Positions 25,364-32,788 of a DNA stretch of 33,085 nucleotides are shown here, one piece after another; position 1 is the stretch's first letter, and every line of letters begins with the position of its first letter. Under the pieces are notes generated by a model that saw nothing but the letters and a program-made list of their open reading frames with translations, was not told the origin of the DNA and did no database searches. The DNA comes from a virus. Its lineage: Duplodnaviria > Caudoviricetes. The stretch is taken from positions 1 through 33,085 of the IMG/VR virus record IMGVR_UViG_3300016476_000512; one strand, 5' to 3'. The position numbers were made by a program, and so were the translations under genes.

Positions 25364-27574
25364 ATGTCAACACTATACGACGGAACAGTAGCATATACAA
25401 TTGCTTTGCCATATTTTGGTGGTAGATATTATTTTACCTTCCCGCAAGACGGTTTCTTGTATGCGCTTAACTATAAACTATGGGGAGCAGGCGGCGGCGC
25501 TGGCGGTGCCGACAGTCGTCCGGGTGGTAATGGCGCCGGCGGCGGGTTCGTTGAAGGTACAGCATGGTCAAATGCTTTTGCTGGATCAACTGTAGAAGTA
25601 TTCGTCGGAGGCGGCGGCTCCCCTGGTGTCTCGGGTGGTAATGCAACAGGTGGATCAAACGGTAGAAGCGCAACCGGATTCAGTGGCGGCCCAGGCGGAA
25701 ATTCTGGTCCCGGTGGATGGTCCGGATCTGGCGGTGGCGGCGGTGGCGCAACAGTTCTTAGGATTAGCGGACTCAATATTGCTATTGCTGGCGCAGGCGG
25801 CGGCGGCGGTGGTGGTGGCAACCACTCAGATGGTGTAAGTGCAGGAGCAGCATTTAATCATACATATAAGCAAGATTTGCTAGCAACAGACCAAGGCAAG
25901 GGCTGGCACGGACTAAGTCACTATGGAGATGGTGGCGGAGGTGGCGGCGGGGGCGGTGGCGATGCCGGGGGTGGACCCGGAGCAGCAGGCAGCGGCGACA
26001 ATGGAGGGCAAGGCGGAGCCAGTGGTACAAACGGAAACCAAGGCGATTTCCCCCTTACTAGCGGAATATACGGAATCGGTATAATCCCAGGCGGCATCAA
26101 CGTCGCGGGGTATCCGGGCAATCGTGTGGGCATGGGCGGATCATATGGTGCTGGACAGTACTATCCGGGTGCCGGGACCAACGGCGCATGGTCTAGCTTA
26201 TTAAATAACTACGGTGTATGGTCCGGTAACGGAATTTACACGTGGCAGGTTTATTTCCCCAACTCTGGGACTTATAATTTTGAAGGATCAGTAGACAACT
26301 ACGGATCACTGTTGATCGATGATGTAGAAGTTTTAAGTATTCCTACATATTCGGGTGTTTACACTTCGTCTGGGTATGTAAGCGCAGGATGGCATACAGT
26401 AAAAATGAACGCCACCAACACTGGTGGACCAGCTGGAACCTCTGCTAGAATTCTCTACAACGGCTCGGCTATTTGGACTACACGCTCTATAATTGACCCC
26501 AACCTGGGAGGAGCTAGCCCTGCAGGCGGCAACGGATATGCAATTTTAACTTTATACCGAGTGTCTGATTTCTTTGTAAAAGTTGACGGGTCGTTCCGCA
26601 GAGCTTGGCCGAGATTTAAAAATTCTAGTAGTTATAACGTTGTTCCTTCTTCTTATATTAAAGTTAATGGAGTTTGGCGTTCAGTAATTAACGACCTAAC
26701 AGTTAATGTAAGTCAAGATTATACTAACTGGGGAGACAACGGAGTTCCAGAAGCAGTGTATGCACCTGAACCAACATTCACTGGATATTGGGACGGCGGC
26801 TCGGGCGGAGATTCGTCAACTGCGTCGACTTCGTGTGACTCCTCTACATCATGTTCAGCTGATGGCGGCGGCGGCGGTGGTGGTGGCTGCTTCCTTGCAG
26901 GTACACTAGTGCGTATGGCCGACGGTACCGAAAAGCCGATTGAAACAATACAATCGGGGGATGTTATATTGGAAGCACTAACTGGACAACCAGCTAAGGT
27001 AATCGGGGTAAAAACTCGAGAACACGATGTTAACAAATGGGTATTCGCCCTTGACAAGAAAGTTGATCCTTATATTACCGAAGAACATCCTTTCTATAAC
27101 GAAAACAACGAATTGTGTGCTATAAGCGAGTTAGCCAGCGAGCTAGCTCCGTGGCTAGGTCCAATTAAAATAGTTGAAGTACAAAACAAAACTAAGATAA
27201 AAGAAGCAGTTACAGTTTACAATCTCATGCTTGAAACAGGGGAAAGCCATTGGGCAAATGGTGTTAGGGTCAGTAACATTGTTAAGACTGGTGGAGCTTA
27301 TGCACTGGTTTACAAGGGATTCTTGGATAAATCTGTATACGAAAACCACGTTTATAACACAGAAAATAAATCAGTTAGCCCAGAACAGCAAACATTGATT
27401 TTTAATTACACATTGAAACTAACTAACTATATATTACACAACGACAACGTTAGAAGTCGGGCCCTCGGGCATGTTCTGGCCTGGGCAATAAAGAATAGAG
27501 AAGCAATATACCCTTATCTTGATCGTTGGTTTAAGAGTCGTGTACGTCGTTGGCTTCTTGGAAAAAACATATGA
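25364..27574 (+). CDS. Glycine-rich fibre-tip adhesin-like protein with a PA14-like insert, a C-terminal Hint (intein-like) domain and a helical tail
   Basis: LWGAGGGAGG...VFVGGGG...GGGGGGAT...IAGAGGGGGGGG is a polyglycine-II-type glycine-rich domain. GTYNFEGSVDNYGSLLID...AGWHTVKM is PA14-like. KV(D/N)G repeats follow. The Hint domain spans aa 509-638 (CFLAGTLVRMADG...TEEHPF...VYNL...HWANGVRVSN). Confidence 0.8.
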   Translation: MSTLYDGTVAYTIALPYFGGRYYFTFPQDGFLYALNYKLWGAGGGAGGADSRPGGNGAGGGFVEGTAWSNAFAGSTVEVFVGGGGSPGVSGGNATGGSNGRSATGFSGGPGGNSGPGGWSGSGGGGGGATVLRISGLNIAIAGAGGGGGGGGNHSDGVSAGAAFNHTYKQDLLATDQGKGWHGLSHYGDGGGGGGGGGGDAGGGPGAAGSGDNGGQGGASGTNGNQGDFPLTSGIYGIGIIPGGINVAGYPGNRVGMGGSYGAGQYYPGAGTNGAWSSLLNNYGVWSGNGIYTWQVYFPNSGTYNFEGSVDNYGSLLIDDVEVLSIPTYSGVYTSSGYVSAGWHTVKMNATNTGGPAGTSARILYNGSAIWTTRSIIDPNLGGASPAGGNGYAILTLYRVSDFFVKVDGSFRRAWPRFKNSSSYNVVPSSYIKVNGVWRSVINDLTVNVSQDYTNWGDNGVPEAVYAPEPTFTGYWDGGSGGDSSTASTSCDSSTSCSADGGGGGGGGCFLAGTLVRMADGTEKPIETIQSGDVILEALTGQPAKVIGVKTREHDVNKWVFALDKKVDPYITEEHPFYNENNELCAISELASELAPWLGPIKIVEVQNKTKIKEAVTVYNLMLETGESHWANGVRVSNIVKTGGAYALVYKGFLDKSVYENHVYNTENKSVSPEQQTLIFNYTLKLTNYILHNDNVRSRALGHVLAWAIKNREAIYPYLDRWFKSRVRRWLLGKNI
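26888..27277 (+). other. Hint domain (130 aa, BIL/Hedgehog-like; no endonuclease)
   Basis: Cys1 codon TGC at 26888, block B TEEH, block F VYNLMLETGESHWANG and block G VRVSN ending at 27277. The +1 residue is Ile. Confidence 0.9.
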
Positions 27575-28035
27575 AAATTCGATTTACAGCAAGTTTATTA
27601 CCACTCAGTCCGCTTATAAGACTTTGGACATGGAGCCGAGTAAGCCACTGCGAATTCGAATTCAGTGATGGCATACAAATTGTGGCAGCGATGGAAGCCG
27701 GGCGGGTTATTGCAACCAGGAATAGGAAATATACCTGGGAATATAACTACAAATTAGATATCAGCGACAAGCAAGAAAGGGTGCTTAGAGATTGGTGCGA
27801 AAGTCAGTTAGGCAAGCCTTACGATTACACCGCATTAGCACCACTTAATGTTTTAATTCCCAGGCAAAAAAAGCAGTGGAAAGACGACAGTCGTTGGATG
27901 TGCAGCGAGTTATGTGCATACGGACTTGAGCTAGTTGGATTTGAGTTTTTTGGTGATAACTTTAAAAAAGTTAAACCGTCTGACTTGTTTAATGCAGTGC
28001 AACAGTCCAGTAAAGCAAAACTAATAAGGGAATAA
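27571..28035 (+). CDS. Permuted NlpC/P60 (YiiX/YebB-like) papain-fold enzyme
   Basis: SHCE (His, codon 27646), LGKPYDY and WMCSEL (Cys, codon 27901) show the His-before-Cys permuted order. The start is probably ATG 27571, which makes an ATGA overlap with the upstream stop, rather than the track's 27550. Confidence 0.85.
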   Translation: MKIRFTASLLPLSPLIRLWTWSRVSHCEFEFSDGIQIVAAMEAGRVIATRNRKYTWEYNYKLDISDKQERVLRDWCESQLGKPYDYTALAPLNVLIPRQKKQWKDDSRWMCSELCAYGLELVGFEFFGDNFKKVKPSDLFNAVQQSSKAKLIRE

Positions 28036-28037
28036 CA

Positions 28038-28232
28038 ATGGAATTCAAAGACACTGACATTTTTCTTGAAAATGTATTGAGATTAACAGAAGAAGAAAAA
28101 ATCAAACTTTTAGAGATACTTGTTGACAACGGGGAACTGTTTTCTAAAATTATTCCTGGTAATAGGTTGATAAACTATGTTAGAAGTACAGGAAAGTTGC
28201 CACACGATCTTTTGTATAGCAAAACACAATAA
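28038..28232 (+). CDS. Small hypothetical protein (64 aa)
   Basis: It fills the gap 2 nt after the NlpC/P60 stop, with an AAGGG RBS-like sequence upstream. No motif recognised. Confidence 0.6.
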   Translation: MEFKDTDIFLENVLRLTEEEKIKLLEILVDNGELFSKIIPGNRLINYVRSTGKLPHDLLYSKTQ

Positions 28233-28248
28233 CCGTATAAAAAATTGA

Positions 28249-28255
28249 ATAAATA
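28249..28255 (+). promoter_or_regulatory. Late promoter-like box ATAAATA upstream of fibre B
   Basis: Intergenic ATAAATA 20 nt before ATG 28276. Confidence 0.55.
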
Positions 28256-28275
28256 ACATATAAACGGATTTCAGA

Positions 28276-29820
28276 ATGGCGTATACTTTATCATTGTCGA
28301 ACGGAAGTGCCCTGCTACCAAATGGTTTAGCAGACGGTACCATCGATACCACGGCCACTAGTTTAAGCCTAATAGGTAAGAATTATCCCGGGTACGGTAC
28401 TTTTTTAAACGAGAATTTTGTTAAACTGCTGGAAAATTTTTCCAACAGCACAGAACCAAATTCTGCGCTTCCTGGACAAATTTGGTATGATAACGCAAAC
28501 AAAGTTCTAAAGCTAAACGTAGCTGCCGCGGCAGGAAACGATGCACAGTGGAAGATTTTGTCAACAATTACAAGTTTCCGCAGCAGACCAGAAACCGCAG
28601 TTGGAGCACCAAACCCTGTAATTGGGGATTTCTGGTGGGATACTGCAAATAATCAGTTAAAAGTCTATAGCAGTTTACCTACCCAGGGCGACAACGGGTG
28701 GATTACAATTGGTCCAGCAAGCAATACAACCACCGGACAGTCAGGTGCCCAGCCGGACACAATCAGCGATGGAACAGCTTCTCACGTTGTAGTTAAGTTC
28801 TTCATTAGCGGTGACTTAATTGCAATCCTTAGTAAAGACGCTGAATTTGTTCCTAGTACCACAATCAGCGGCTTTAGTAGCATTAAACCTGGATTCAACT
28901 TAAACTCTGCTTATACAAATCAGCTGAGGTATTACGGATTCTCAAACGTAGCAGTCAACTTATTATACGGTTCTACTATTGTTAGTGCAAACAATTTTGC
29001 CAGAACAGACGTGGTAACTACTAGCACAGTGCCGTTAGTAACCAGCAACGTGGGCGGTATTAGATTAGGCCCAACAAGTGATTTTGTTGTTAACGTTAAC
29101 GCAGTAACCACATCGATTGGTGTGTACAACAACGATAACAACTACAATACTGTTTTTTACGTTAAGAGTGCAGGTGTAACTAGAGACGTATTTACTGCTA
29201 ATGCACTAATTGCTGAATTACAAGTTAGAAATGACCCAACAACCGGCCTTGGCGTAGCAACCAAACAGTACGTTGATGCAGCCAACACAGCCATTTCTAC
29301 TGCTTATTTAAAGAGAGACGGTTCGAACTCGATTACCGGAAGTATTGTACCTTCTGCTAACGTTGTATATAATCTAGGTTCAACTACCGCGTGGTTCAAC
29401 AATATCTTTGGGCGCTCGTATCAAGCCGCGTATGCCGACTTGGCAGAGCGTTTTGAAGCAGATCAGCCGTACGACCAAGGAACCGTTGTTGAATTAGGCG
29501 GGGAAAAAGAAATCACCGCCGTAGTTGACGAACTCAGTGAATCTGTGTTTGGCGTCATAAGTACAGGTGCAGCATATTTAATGAACGCCAGGGCAGGAAG
29601 TGATACCACTCACCCAGCGGTTGCTGTAAACGGTCGTGTTCCGGTAAATGTAATTGGACAGGTACGCAAAGGTGATAGATTAGTTAGCGCAGGCAATGGT
29701 TACGCAAGAGCTGCGACAAAACAAGAACTAACGGCTTTCAATGTAATAGGAAGATCGTTAGAAAACAAAACAACAGATGGCAAAGGCGTAATTCAAGCCA
29801 TTGTTAAAATAAATAGTTAA
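28276..29820 (+). CDS. Tail fibre / baseplate pin protein B with a C-terminal peptidase-G2-like intramolecular chaperone
   Basis: The N-terminus is paralogous to 23886. It has ATKQYVD and YNLGSTTAWFNNIF. The C-terminal YADLAERFEAD...GTVV...GVIST...VAVNGRVPV...KGDRLVSA...IGRSL matches the DxAE auto-cleaving chaperone pattern. Confidence 0.8.
   Translation: MAYTLSLSNGSALLPNGLADGTIDTTATSLSLIGKNYPGYGTFLNENFVKLLENFSNSTEPNSALPGQIWYDNANKVLKLNVAAAAGNDAQWKILSTITSFRSRPETAVGAPNPVIGDFWWDTANNQLKVYSSLPTQGDNGWITIGPASNTTTGQSGAQPDTISDGTASHVVVKFFISGDLIAILSKDAEFVPSTTISGFSSIKPGFNLNSAYTNQLRYYGFSNVAVNLLYGSTIVSANNFARTDVVTTSTVPLVTSNVGGIRLGPTSDFVVNVNAVTTSIGVYNNDNNYNTVFYVKSAGVTRDVFTANALIAELQVRNDPTTGLGVATKQYVDAANTAISTAYLKRDGSNSITGSIVPSANVVYNLGSTTAWFNNIFGRSYQAAYADLAERFEADQPYDQGTVVELGGEKEITAVVDELSESVFGVISTGAAYLMNARAGSDTTHPAVAVNGRVPVNVIGQVRKGDRLVSAGNGYARAATKQELTAFNVIGRSLENKTTDGKGVIQAIVKINS
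29809..29815 (+). promoter_or_regulatory. Late promoter-like box ATAAATA upstream of 29835
   Basis: ATAAATA lies in the last codons of fibre B, followed by an AGGA RBS and ATG 29835. Confidence 0.45.
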
Positions 29821-29834
29821 GTTAGGAATAAAAA

Positions 29835-30833
29835 ATGCCGTATAGTTCTGGTGGTTTAATTGTAAGTTTAGACTACAACACCTTTGCACAAGGTGGTGCA
29901 GCCGTTAACCATAGCGTTGCAAACATTAACACAATTTGGGGTGTCGGTAACGGCGACAAAGGATATGGTCAAAGCACTACTTTATCTACTGTTGCAACAA
30001 CTACAGATACAGTTACTGCTACTCAGTGGTCTACACTAATTGCTCGATTAAACAGTATATTGACTCACCAAAGTGGTGCTGGCTCTGGCATTTCTGCCCC
30101 AACCGCTGGTGCTACAGTTACATATCTAAACACATTAAGCACTAACATCACCACAGCATTTAACAACAGACTAAATGCTGCAACTAATGCTACAGATGTC
30201 ACAGGTGCTGCACCAGCAGCAACTGTGTGGAACACTTCGACTCCGACTACACAGCAGATTATCCGCACTGCTACATGGGCAAACGCAGATCAAGCACGTT
30301 ATTTCTTTAACGCCGGCGGCAAATTAATCCTTACATTCTCTGTTACCAACACCTTAGGCAACAGCAAAGGTGCAGACTGGGCTAGTTTACTGAATACTAA
30401 ACTAGCAACTATTGTTGTTGGTGGATACTCGAACGGTAGAACCGGCACAGGTGGTACCACAACTGCTACTAACACTGGTATAGGTTATTGGAACGCTGGT
30501 ACAACCAATAACAGCATGATTACCTTAACATCTGCTAGTGGTACAGCCGATTACGGAACAAACAGTGTTGCAATTGGTATCAAGACTAACGGTGTGCAAG
30601 GTGCAAACGGAGATGTGGGAACAGTATTAACTTTCCAAATCGACTTAACAGACTCCGCAGCAGATACTAACACTGCCCCTCCTGGTATCCCTGTTTACAG
30701 CCCTGCAGGTACAGCGCCCACACAAGGTAGCTTTAACGACTCATTGAACTTGAGTATTGTTACTAACATTACCATTCGTCCACCAGAGACTACTAACTTA
30801 CCAACTGCGATTTCGAATCCAACAATTGCGTAA
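29835..30833 (+). CDS. Thr/Gly/Ala/Asn-rich virion structural protein (probable fibre-associated)
   Basis: 332 aa with fibre-like composition and motifs WGVGNGDKGYGQ, VTATQW..L and ARYFFNAGG. It is the last gene before the terminator. Confidence 0.6.
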   Translation: MPYSSGGLIVSLDYNTFAQGGAAVNHSVANINTIWGVGNGDKGYGQSTTLSTVATTTDTVTATQWSTLIARLNSILTHQSGAGSGISAPTAGATVTYLNTLSTNITTAFNNRLNAATNATDVTGAAPAATVWNTSTPTTQQIIRTATWANADQARYFFNAGGKLILTFSVTNTLGNSKGADWASLLNTKLATIVVGGYSNGRTGTGGTTTATNTGIGYWNAGTTNNSMITLTSASGTADYGTNSVAIGIKTNGVQGANGDVGTVLTFQIDLTDSAADTNTAPPGIPVYSPAGTAPTQGSFNDSLNLSIVTNITIRPPETTNLPTAISNPTIA

Positions 30834-30849
30834 TATTTGGTAAGTGGTT

Positions 30850-30879
30850 AAAAGCACTCGAAAGAGTGCTTTTCCTTTT
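30850..30879 (+). terminator. Intrinsic terminator, potentially bidirectional
   Basis: Perfect hairpin AAAAGCACTC-GAAA-GAGTGCTTTT (30850-30873) with a GNRA loop, followed by CCTTTT, about 16 nt after stop 30833. Confidence 0.9.
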
Positions 30880-30889
30880 GTACTTTATT

Positions 30890-30898
30890 TGTTACAAT
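30890..30898 (+). promoter_or_regulatory. Sigma70-like extended -10 promoter (TGnTACAAT)
   Basis: TG-T-TACAAT lies just after the terminator and 6 nt before ATG 30905. No good -35 box is visible. Confidence 0.5.
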
Positions 30899-30904
30899 AA
30901 ACAC

Positions 30905-31219
30905 ATGAGTGACCTACCTAATATTGTAGAACAAATACGCTTGGCTACAGATTTCAATATTAACAAGCAAATTCTCAGAGAAAAAATTCAAACCGATTTG
31001 CACTTTGCCCACAATGGCGGGATGTTTAAAATTACACCAGAATTGTTGGCGTTTGTACAGAGCTGGCCCATTGATAGGATTTTCTTGGAGGATGTTTATC
31101 AAAACCCTATTGAGGTTGATAAACAGGTATTTTTAGTAACAGCACAGCAACACTATCATCGTGTTATGAATGACTGGCATGAGCAGTATGAGCAACTACG
31201 CAAAATCCGTAAAGTCTAA
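30905..31219 (+). CDS. Hypothetical protein (104 aa), first gene of the glycosyltransferase-like cluster
   Basis: The track's start at 30866 falls inside the terminator hairpin, so ATG 30905 (MSDLPNIVEQ...) is more plausible. Confidence 0.7.
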   Translation: MSDLPNIVEQIRLATDFNINKQILREKIQTDLHFAHNGGMFKITPELLAFVQSWPIDRIFLEDVYQNPIEVDKQVFLVTAQQHYHRVMNDWHEQYEQLRKIRKV

Positions 31220-31985
31220 AGGTGTTGTGATCTTTGCGTCTAACACAGCAGAAACCGATTATGTTAGTATTGCAAATCAAAATGCCAGACTAGTAAAACA
31301 TTTTATGGGGTTGCCGACTACGGTGATTACACCTAAGGACAGTGGTAGCAATCGTAGATTTAGTACAGACACAGGAAATTTTGTTGAATGGAAAAATTTT
31401 GGAAGACATGAAGCATTTGAAGCTAGCCCATACGACGAAACAATTTTACTTGACGCCGACTATCTGGTATTTGATAGCAGTCTCAGTGAGTTGTTTAGGT
31501 GCGAGTTCGATTACTTGTTATTTAACAAGAACAGGTATGTAAACATTTCGCAGCAGCCCAGTACAATGGGGCCATATAGTTTGCCGTATGTTTGGGCAAC
31601 CGCGGTATTGTTCCGTAAAACTGAACAAACAAGATTATTATTTGAGTTGGTTGCAAAAGTCCGACGAAATTACGATTACTACCGACTGCTATACAACGTA
31701 CAAGAAGGAAACTTTCGTAATGATTATGCCTTTGCTATTGCAAATCTCATATTAAACGGAAACGCCATTAACCCGCATAAGTTTGTGCCTTGGCCTATAC
31801 ACACATTTACTGGGAAAATTGATTCAATTGAGTATTCAAGTAATATTGTAGTAAAGTCGGATCGAGCATATGTACTACCAAAACAAAACTTACATATTAT
31901 GAGTAAAGCGTGGCTTAACAGCCCGGCACTTGAAAAATTAGTTGATCAATGTCTAGACAATTCTATAACCAACAAGGGTTCTTAA
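31188..31985 (+). CDS. GT-A fold glycosyltransferase-like protein 1
   Basis: KGVVIFA.N...DY, ASPYDETILLDADYL (DxD motif), WATAVLF, FRNDYAFAIA and LHIMSK. The start could be 31170, 31179 or 31188. Confidence 0.65.
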   Translation: MSNYAKSVKSKGVVIFASNTAETDYVSIANQNARLVKHFMGLPTTVITPKDSGSNRRFSTDTGNFVEWKNFGRHEAFEASPYDETILLDADYLVFDSSLSELFRCEFDYLLFNKNRYVNISQQPSTMGPYSLPYVWATAVLFRKTEQTRLLFELVAKVRRNYDYYRLLYNVQEGNFRNDYAFAIANLILNGNAINPHKFVPWPIHTFTGKIDSIEYSSNIVVKSDRAYVLPKQNLHIMSKAWLNSPALEKLVDQCLDNSITNKGS

Positions 31986-32788
31986 CCTTTGCAATTAACA
32001 GTAATACTACCGACTATCTTCGGTTGGCATATCTGCAGGCACTAAATATCAAAGACACTCAAAAAATAAAAAACGTGTCAGTAATAGTTGACCAAGCCAC
32101 ACTAGCGCAGGTTACTGATAAACACCGAAAAGTGTTTGATCACATAATCCCAACAAACAAACTTGATAATCCCTTTGCTAACGAATGGCATGCATGGTGG
32201 TTAACACCGTACAAAGAAACAGTTAAAGTTGAAAGCGACTTACTGTTTACTCGCAGCATAGATCATTGGTGGCATGCATTTAGATTGCACGATGTTTGTA
32301 TGAGTCACGGCTGCAGAAACTATAAACAAGAGTTGAGTACTGTAAGAAAGTATCGACAGGTATTCGATTCGAATTTGTTGCCCGACGTTTATAACGGACT
32401 TATGTATTTTAGGTACAGCGAAGTTAGCAAAAAGTTCTTTAATACAGCAAGGGATATTTTTGATAACTGGCAGCAAGTCCAGCAAGAATTAAAACACTGC
32501 GATGTACCTGCTACGACCGATTTGGTTTATGCAGTTGCAGCTAAAGTTCTTGATGAGCCTTGTTATAATCCCAGTTTAGACTTTATTAACTTTGTTCATA
32601 TGAAGCCCGGAATTCAAGAATGGAGCGATGATAACCCCTGGACTGATTATTGTATACACGGAGTTCGGGAAAATGTCATTCATGTAAACAATATAAATCA
32701 ACTGCATCCATTTCACTATAACGAAAAAAGTTATGCAACAGATGAACTAATTGAGTACTATGAGCAAAGAGTTAGCCGAAGCTTTTAA
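31949..32788 (+). CDS. GT-A fold glycosyltransferase-like protein 2 (paralog of 31188..31985)
   Basis: QGFLTFAIN...DY, LTPYKETVKVESDLL (ExD at the DxD position), VYNGLMYF, TTDLVYAVA and FVHMKP align by eye with the upstream gene. Confidence 0.65.
   Translation: MSRQFYNQQGFLTFAINSNTTDYLRLAYLQALNIKDTQKIKNVSVIVDQATLAQVTDKHRKVFDHIIPTNKLDNPFANEWHAWWLTPYKETVKVESDLLFTRSIDHWWHAFRLHDVCMSHGCRNYKQELSTVRKYRQVFDSNLLPDVYNGLMYFRYSEVSKKFFNTARDIFDNWQQVQQELKHCDVPATTDLVYAVAAKVLDEPCYNPSLDFINFVHMKPGIQEWSDDNPWTDYCIHGVRENVIHVNNINQLHPFHYNEKSYATDELIEYYEQRVSRSF

Noticed and set aside
25471-26133. Proline-rich - strand ORFs (25471..25821, 25921..26133; also 26719..27057)
   Set aside because: They are antisense shadows of GGN glycine codons in the adhesin gene, with no independent coding signal.
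25490-26200. Local GC-rich island suggesting horizontal transfer
   Set aside because: Glycine codon content explains it, so it is not evidence of foreign origin by itself.
26888-27277. Selfish mini-intein insertion
   Set aside because: The +1 residue is Ile, and the domain follows a Gly8 linker rather than interrupting a conserved enzyme motif. It is treated as a BIL/Hedgehog-like processing domain instead.
23886-30833. Diversity-generating retroelement or invertible fibre cassette
   Set aside because: I saw no reverse transcriptase, invertase, TR/VR pair differing at adenines or flanking inverted repeats. The fibre paralogs are similar at protein level but clearly diverged.
2356-32485. Other short ORFs nested in or antisense to the long + strand genes
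   Set aside because: They are fully overlapped by well-supported structural genes, have no recognisable motifs, and are expected from codon bias.
169-32788. No accepted gene ends in TAG (15 TAA, 2 TGA): possible stop-codon recoding
   Set aside because: All genes, including the 12-kb ORF, are intact under code 11 with no in-frame TAG to read through. TAA bias is expected in AT-rich phage DNA.
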